From NCBI RefSeq assembly GCF_902652985.1, contig NC_047022.1, forward strand, positions 17,298,001 to 17,362,000: DNA of 64,000 bases, read 5' to 3'. The DNA comes from Pecten maximus (Eukaryota). The notes beneath the pieces are model-generated. The model saw only the letters and a program-made list of their open reading frames with translations. It made no database searches and had not been told where the DNA came from. How positions within the stretch are numbered: position 1 is the first letter of the stretch; every line of letters starts with the position of its first letter. Positions 56,768 through 64,000 of the stretch are shown piece by piece. Both the position numbers and the translations under genes were made by a program.

Positions 56768-57180
56768 GTTATGTTGAACTGTGGTACGTTTAACTAGGTA
56801 AACTATAGGTTATGTTGAACTGTGGTACGTTTAACTAGGTAAACTATAGGTTATGTTGAACTGTGGTACGTTTAACTAGGTAAATTATAGGTTATGTTGA
56901 ACTGTGGTACATGTTAAACTAGGTGAACTATAGGTTATGTTGAACTGTGGTATGTTTAACTAGGTAAACTATAGATTATGTTGAACTGTGGTACGTTTAA
57001 CTAGGTAAACTATAGGTTATGTTGAACTGTGGTACGTTTAACTAGGTAAACTATAGGTTATGTTGAACTGTGGTACGTTTAACTAGGTAAACTATAGGTT
57101 ATGTTGAACTTTGGTACATGTTAAACTAGGTGAACTATAGGTTATGTTGAACTGTGGTACGTTTAACTAGGTAAACTATG
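56768..57180. repeat. 41-bp minisatellite, about 10 copies
   Basis: Unit GTTATGTTGAACTGTGGTACGTTTAACTAGGTAAACTATAG, head-to-tail with no spacers. Confidence 0.95.
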
Positions 57181-59199
57181 GTAAGCATCCCCCCCCCCTT
57201 ACAGCCAACTATGTGCGTGAAAATGAGATGTGATCGCAGCTTTAAGCTTAAACAGCATGAATTTTGCAAATATTAAAGAAGTATTACCCCTAAGTGATAA
57301 GGAAGGTCAAGCTCAAGGAATAAAATTTAGTGTTTGCAAAAATTAGCATGCCATTCATAAAAATGATTTGCATGTAAATATTTCCAAGTGTGATACAATA
57401 GGCATGTAAAATTTCCCAATTTTGCAAATTTGATTTTACTTCAGGACTCCAAATCTTTTTTTTATTTTGTTACCCATTGTTAACTTATAATAGCATCAGG
57501 TTTTATTTGAGCAACACAACATGGATTTTTTAAATTTTAATCACTGCCTAAAATATCATAACCTAATGCAATGTTTACTGGTACAGGTATATATATAATT
57601 TGAACAAATACAAGGATTTAATTGCCCAGGTATATACTTCATTACCAACAGATTTTTACACAAGTAAAGTACCGTATTAAGATATCATTTATTTAAAAAA
57701 AAAAGTATTTTCATTTCTTAAAAAAGTTTCAAGAGATAACCGAAAAGTTTCAACACATACAAACAGAATATTAAATGGAGTAGATCTTTGAACTGCATTC
57801 TTGTTTGCATATTAAATTATGAAATGCAAAAGTGGTTCCTTTTGTTGACGGGAGTCGGAAGCCTCAAGAGATGAGCTCACGGAATTACGTTGCTGTAACA
57901 GTGCACGACAGTGATTAAACATCGGCGCGCTCTGACATCTCGGTAGCAAGTCTTGCTTGAGTTTAATGGCGTCTTTGAAAATTGATTCCCAGCTCTGTTT
58001 TAATTACTTGGCGTTGTGTTTCAACAGGATGCTTAAGCAAAGCTTGCAAGCTTTTCATGATCAATAATTTTCTGCAGTGAAGCCTTAACTGGTTGTACAG
58101 CTTCTGATTTACAGAACACATCATTTTAATAGTGACATTAATTAAACCTATAAACAACCATGGCCCTTTGTATACCAAGATAACGTTTTGTTTGATAATA
58201 TCAAAATCTTGTGTGAAATCAAACATATTTTAACATCATCTTATTTCATCAGTTAAAAGCATTGTTAAATTTTGATAGTACTAATTACACTTTCTAGATA
58301 ATTATTTTCTATGGCGTCATAATTGTCTGTTGAAATTCGGTATGTGCTAAAGTTACGACTTGATTTATAATTCTCTGGCATTTGGTAATATGTATTTGTG
58401 TACTCATAAGTCAGAATAATATTGATGCAATATAAAACATTTCTGTTGTACAAAAATCGAGAGAAAAAAAAATTACAGATAATGATGTTTTTAGATAGAC
58501 GATATGATATTTGAAGAGGTATTACAAGGTGCCTGACATTACAAGGTTTAAGGATATATATGCATGTCTTATGTGATTTCTGTGTTGAACTCTACCATAG
58601 AAGATATAAAATTCCTGACACAACCCTCTGAAACCACTTTTTACAATCCCTTACCTGTCCATTCAATGTTTTGATTAGCTATTCTTATCTGTATGTCGAC
58701 CAACTCCTTTATATATATATATAAGTACCGCCCACCTGAAGTCAGCCTACCAAACATATTCTCACCCAACATGTAACCACACCTTCACCAAACAATATTC
58801 TGGAAGCTTCAGGCTTCAGTATTTGTATCTCACTTGAAATTGCACAAGAACCCTGAATTAGTCATAATTATAAAGTGTTCTGAACATATGTATCACATGA
58901 TCAAAACATGAAACCCGTTGCTATATATATAAAGTCCACTCTTGTGAGGCAACTTCAAATGTGGACTATATCAGTATCTAGCAGTACATCTCAAGTATTT
59001 GTGCACTACTGTCCGGGCCTTCAATAGTGATTTAGTTGATATAAATACAATTGTTGTATACAGTTAGTTATAGTTTACTCAATTTCAACCCTGTTTTGTT
59101 GCAAGTCTGCTTACCCCTGTACTGACGAAAAAAATCCAAAGTGCCTATCAAACATAAGACGATATCGACGAGTATAGTCCTATCAACAGTATACTTAGC

Positions 59200-60260
59200 A
59201 ACCCCTTCACCTGGATACACCTTTAACCTGGATACACCTTTAACCTGGATACACTTTTAACCTGGATACACCTTTAACCTGGATACACCCTTCACCTGGA
59301 TACACCCTTCACCTGGACACACCCTTCACCTGGATACACCCTTCACCAGGATACACCTTTAACCTGGATACACTTTTCACCTGGATACACTCTTCATCCG
59401 GAGGTATCCTTCACCTGGATACAACCTTCACCTCGATACACTCTTCACATGGGTACACCCTTCACCTGGATACACCCTTCACCTGGATACACCCTTCACC
59501 CGGATACACCCTTCACCTGCATACACCCTTTACCTGGACACACCTATCATCTGGATACACTCTTCACCCGGATGCACTCTTCACCCGGATACACCCTTCG
59601 CCTGGATACAGTCCTTCACCTGGATACACCCTTCACCTGGATACACCCTTCACCTGGACACACACTTCACCTGGATACACCCTTCACCTGGATACACCTT
59701 TAACCTGGAACACCCTTCACCAGGATACACTCTTCACCTGGATACACCCTTCACCTGGACACACACTTCACCTGGATACACCCTTCACCTGGATACACCT
59801 TTAACCTGGAACACCCTTCACCAGGATACACTCTTCACCTGGATACACCCTTTACCTGGATACACCCTTCACCCAAATACACCCTTCACCTGGATACAAC
59901 CTTCACCTGGATACACCGTTCACCTGGATACACCCTTCACCTGGATACACCCTTCACCTGGATACACCCTTCACCTGGATATACCCTTCACCTGGATACA
60001 CCCTTCACCTGGATACACCGTTCACCTGGATACACCGTTCACCTGGATACACCCTTTACCTGGACAAAACCTTCACCTGGATACAACCTTCAACTGGATA
60101 CAGTCCTTCACCTGGATACACCCTTCACCTGGATACACCCTTCACCTAGTACACCCTTTACCTGGACACACCCTTCACCTGGATACACCCTTCACCTGGA
60201 TACACCCTTCACCTGGATTCACTCTTAACCTGGAATACCCTTCACCTGGATACACTTTTT
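59200..60260. repeat. 17-bp minisatellite, about 60 copies
   Basis: Unit CCCTTCACCTGGATACA with point variants. Confidence 0.97.
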
Positions 60261-60297
60261 ACACTCTATGCCCTCTCCTCTCAGTCTCTTTTCTTTC

Positions 60298-60606
60298 TGC
60301 TTCTGCAGAAAAGAGGCAAAGCTGAAATAGTAGAGTAAAACATGTTAAGAAAATATTGTAGATGAAATCCTCTTCCCCAAAGATGTTTAATTATATAATT
60401 GAGCTTCCAGTTTCCAAGTGTTTTCCTTGTATAAATCATGTACACATTCTTTTTGCTTCTGCAGAAAAAAGGCAAAGCTGAAATAGTAGAGTAACACATG
60501 TTAAAAAATATTGTAGATAAAATCTTCTTCCCCAAAGATGTGTAATTATATAATTCAGTTTCCAGTTTCCAAGTGTTTTTCTGTTTTTCTTGTATAAATC
60601 ATGTAC
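60298..60606. repeat. Tandem duplication of about 155 bp
   Basis: TGCTTCTGCAGAAAA..GGCAAAGCTGAAATAGTAGAG...TGTATAAATCATGTAC at about 60298 and 60455. Confidence 0.85.
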
Positions 60607-61589
60607 TCCCCCCCCCTTCCTTGAGGCATCAACCACATGACCCAATCTCCACTACGGCCACCTGTCATGGCCCCCTTGTCACTTAGGACCTCTCTGTGGA
60701 CCTCTCTAGTCCACTGTCCCTAACTTGCAGTGTGCACATATTGATGACTGCCACCTCAGAACATTCCAGGAGAGACCTATATTGATCTGTGGCAGTAGTG
60801 CTGCTAATCATTGCTTCAGACCCCACCACCAACAGCTGTAAACACAACTACCAAACCACTACCGCTGGCAGCTTGTTGATCAATTTTTCATAAAAAGAAA
60901 TGTATCCCAATAAAATAAATTTGGAAATATTTCATGATAAAATGTTGTTTAGACTACAAAGCCAGAACTGGTTTGATCCAGGACTTAAAGCTCTGTTTCC
61001 TTTATAATAACATTACTAAAGATTTTTTGTGAAATATGATGGCTGTAATATTGCATCGTTTGGACCACTCCAGTCAGTTTTTCCGAGTTGTACTACACAA
61101 TGTGTAGTCATGTAAAATAGAGATGACGCGATTCTATTCTGACATAGTGAAATTAAAGTCTATGTCTCTCATAAGGCAAAACGCTGTTGGCACAAATTTA
61201 TATTTGTTAAAAAATGGAAAAAATATTCTGTTCATTCAAATTAATTTTAAGAAAGTTAACTACATTTTTTATTAAAAAAGTAACAGGTCTACAAATTGAG
61301 ATCGAGTTCTTTTTGTTGATTTTAGCTCACCTATCTTGATCAGGTGTAAATCGCTAAAGATTCTCTTGTTCAAAACAACATTTTAACACATGCTATGTGT
61401 AAATTTGATGCCAAAATAGACATCAAGGGAATGGTGTTGTCTGATTCAATGACGACACCCGCCGTGTAAATTTAGGTCAAATCAAAGTAAAATGTCATCT
61501 CTCAAAATGAGAACCGGGGTAGGGACTAATAATTGACACTTCTTCCTCTTTATGGGATAACATAGTGAAAGTAACTATGAATAAAGCTT

Positions 61590-61855
61590 CATTTGAATAT
61601 TCATTGAGTAATATCACTTAAATTGATATTGAGTATTCATTGACTGATATAATCATTGAAATATTCATTGGGGTGCCACTGAAATTCTGTTGAATATTCA
61701 TTGAGTGAATATTAAAATTCTGTTGAATATTCATTCTTTGTGAGTGATCATTAAGATTCTGTTGAATATTCATTCTTTGTGAGTGATCATTAAGATTCTG
61801 TTGAATATTCATGCTGTAATAATTAAAATGCTGTTGAATATTCATTGGATGATCA
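61590..61855. repeat. Degenerate tandem repeat built on TTGAATATTCA (33-39 bp period)
   Basis: Recurrent CTGTTGAATATTCAT units. Confidence 0.75.
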
Positions 61856-63510
61856 CCCAAGAGCCCAGTCTAGACATTTAGTTGAGAATAATGATAATGT
61901 TGTGTTTTACATATATATGGTATCAGTGTTTGGAATTTTGAAATTGTTTAAAAGAACTGTCTATAGCTGTCATTTGTATAGCATAGTTTGAAAAAAAATG
62001 ATCTTAGGATTCTGTATAGATATAGCTATTTTATATACTAACCAAGCACATATTATGTATATTACTTTTTACCATCATTTTATACAAAACAACAAAGTCC
62101 AGTAGTAAGGTTAATTGGATTTATTAATGAACCGAAACTAACTAACTATATTTTGGCATTCTTAGGGGCTACTCTGTAAAACTAACATTCTGCCTGGGGT
62201 TTATAGTACCAGCACTATAGGTTTGTTCAGGTACAATGTTAACAAGACCTATATGTAAATTGAAAGTTGGGGCAGGTGTCAAATGCCATCACAGATGGAC
62301 TACCTGTAATTTGGTCAGTTGTTATGCCATGGTAATCAGACACCATGTGTTATTATTGCCCACAGGTAAATGTCTGGCTCAATAAACTGTTGTCTAGCTG
62401 TATCTGTATTGGGAACTGTTGTCTTTGTTGGGCTGCAGCTAATATTATAGATGACTCCCACTATTATTGTACCAGTCTATAGACCAAGGTTCACATGTGA
62501 TTGTCTGTATATAAAGGTCACGAGAATCATCACCAATTACCTACAGGTCATGATTTATTGACTATACTGGCCATGGATAGCTCTAGAAGCAAGAACCCAG
62601 GTCCTGTTTATCCTGGGTCTGTTGACTTCTGTATAGGGGCAATACTGGATCAGTGACATGCTATATTTGGATTATTATATAATCTTTCAGCAAACTAATT
62701 TTGAGCTCCAGAAATAAGACAAATTTTGTGCAGTCAAATATTTTCTCCAGAAATCAGATTTGATATTCACAATCAAAGAGAGTGTGCATCAGAGCCTTAT
62801 ATAATGGACAATTTGTTGAATGATATACAGAAGTCTTAAGTAGTAGACGGTTACCATACCTGTCAAGTTTCCCGCATTGGACTGGAGACTTCCGAATATT
62901 CAATACAAAAATCAAATTCTCCAGTTTGAAATTAATGACCCGCGCGGGTCCAGAATTTTATTAAATTCTCCAGTTTTCTCCTGCTTGGCCCTCGGGTCAT
63001 TGACACAGCAACATGACGTGCGTCAATTTGACGCTTCAAATTCTCACTAACACTAGTGTGTATACAAGTCTTAAAACGTTGTCCAATATACAGACTCAAC
63101 AAAGGGCATATTAGCTATGGTCAGTGACACTAATTGACCCCTAGGGGTTAATTAAAAGAGTCAGTCAACTGTGACAAACCCCGACTGTCACCAAATTGGG
63201 TCTCAGGTGAAGTTACCAATAATCAACATACCTGTTGTGAAATAAGCTATTTGCAACGCAGATTTTTCCAAAGAAGTTATAATTATACAAACCCCAAACA
63301 AGCCATATTTGCCAACAAATCGGTATATTTTTTATTGATTTAAGAATGTTGGCAAAGAACTGCAGTCAGACTCTCAAAAATATCGGCACCGTGCTTTTGA
63401 AGGCGGCCTGATTTTAGACAATTAATTGTTTTCGGGAAATAACAACTAAAAAAAGAAAGATACTTATTTTTTTTTTTTTCAGCGAAACTTATAGATGGAT
63501 TTGATATAAA

Positions 63511-63736
63511 GGGGCCGCGGTGGCCGAGTGGTTAAGGTGTACCAACACTTTATCACTAGCCCTCCACCTCTTGGTTGCGAATTCGAAATCTACGTGGGGC
63601 AGTTGCCAGGTACTGACCGTAGGCCGGTGGTTTTTCTCCGGGTACTCCGGCTTTCCTCCACCTCCAAAACCTGGCACGTCCTTAAATGACCCTGGCTGTT
63701 AATAGGACGTTAAACAAAAACAAACAAACAAACAAA
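63511..63736 (+). mobile_element. Full-length tRNA-headed V-domain SINE with 10-bp TSD
   Basis: GGGGCCGCGGTGGCCGAGTGGTTAAGG head, V-like core, (CAAA)n tail. TSD TTGATATAAA at 63501-63510 and 63737-63746. Confidence 0.9.
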
Positions 63737-64000
63737 TTGATATAAAATGAAAAGCCTTCAATTTCTATATTTAGATTATTAAAAAAAATATATTATTTAT
63801 TTAATATATGGAATTATTGGAAGATAAATTCATTTGAACTAATGTTTTTGAACAGTATATATTTGAAAACAATTCATCTCAGAATTTTTTTTATTTTTTT
63901 GATGAATGCAATATATTTAGTAAAAATGTCGTTGCACACAATCTCCAGTTTGAGGAAAGTCCTCAAACTGGAGATCTCCAGTTTGTCAACATTTGATCCT

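Noticed and set aside
56768-57180. CRISPR-like array
   Set aside because: Units are head-to-tail with no unique spacers, there are no cas genes, and the context is eukaryotic. The same applies to the 17-, 41- and 51-bp arrays.
62854-64000. Possible hAT-like element starting CATACCTGTCAA with CTCCAGTTT subterminal repeats
   Set aside because: The other terminus and TSD are not visible in the window, so it cannot be supported.

Overview
This is AT-rich, intron-containing animal genomic DNA, not prokaryotic. The repeat families and the syntaxin N-terminus point to a bivalve mollusc (inference). Almost all of the supplied ORF track is noise or exon fragments. Reading splice junctions by hand gives five protein genes: DNAJC30-like (-, 2 coding exons), BUD23/WBSCR22 (+, 11 exons), a divergent but intact Ran paralogue (-, 6 coding exons), canonical Ran (-, 6 coding exons) and the first two coding exons of syntaxin-1 (+, continues past the window). 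Three results stand out. (1) The order DNAJC30<>BUD23 - Ran-like - Ran<>STX1 joins two separate human neighbourhoods: DNAJC30/BUD23/STX1A at 7q11.23 and head-to-head STX2/RAN at 12q24. (2) Two families of miniature LTR elements carry a tRNA-derived Pol III cassette in the LTR, with PBS, PPT and a covarying hairpin (Helenus/Cassandra-type TRIMs). (3) The tandem Ran duplicate has switch-region substitutions and a 51-bp intronic minisatellite that stays in frame with exon 3. The rest is SINEs, MITEs, a Helentron-type HINE, DNA-transposon relics, minisatellites and a 2.3-kb tandem duplication. I found no rRNA, CRISPR array or convincing functional tRNA gene.
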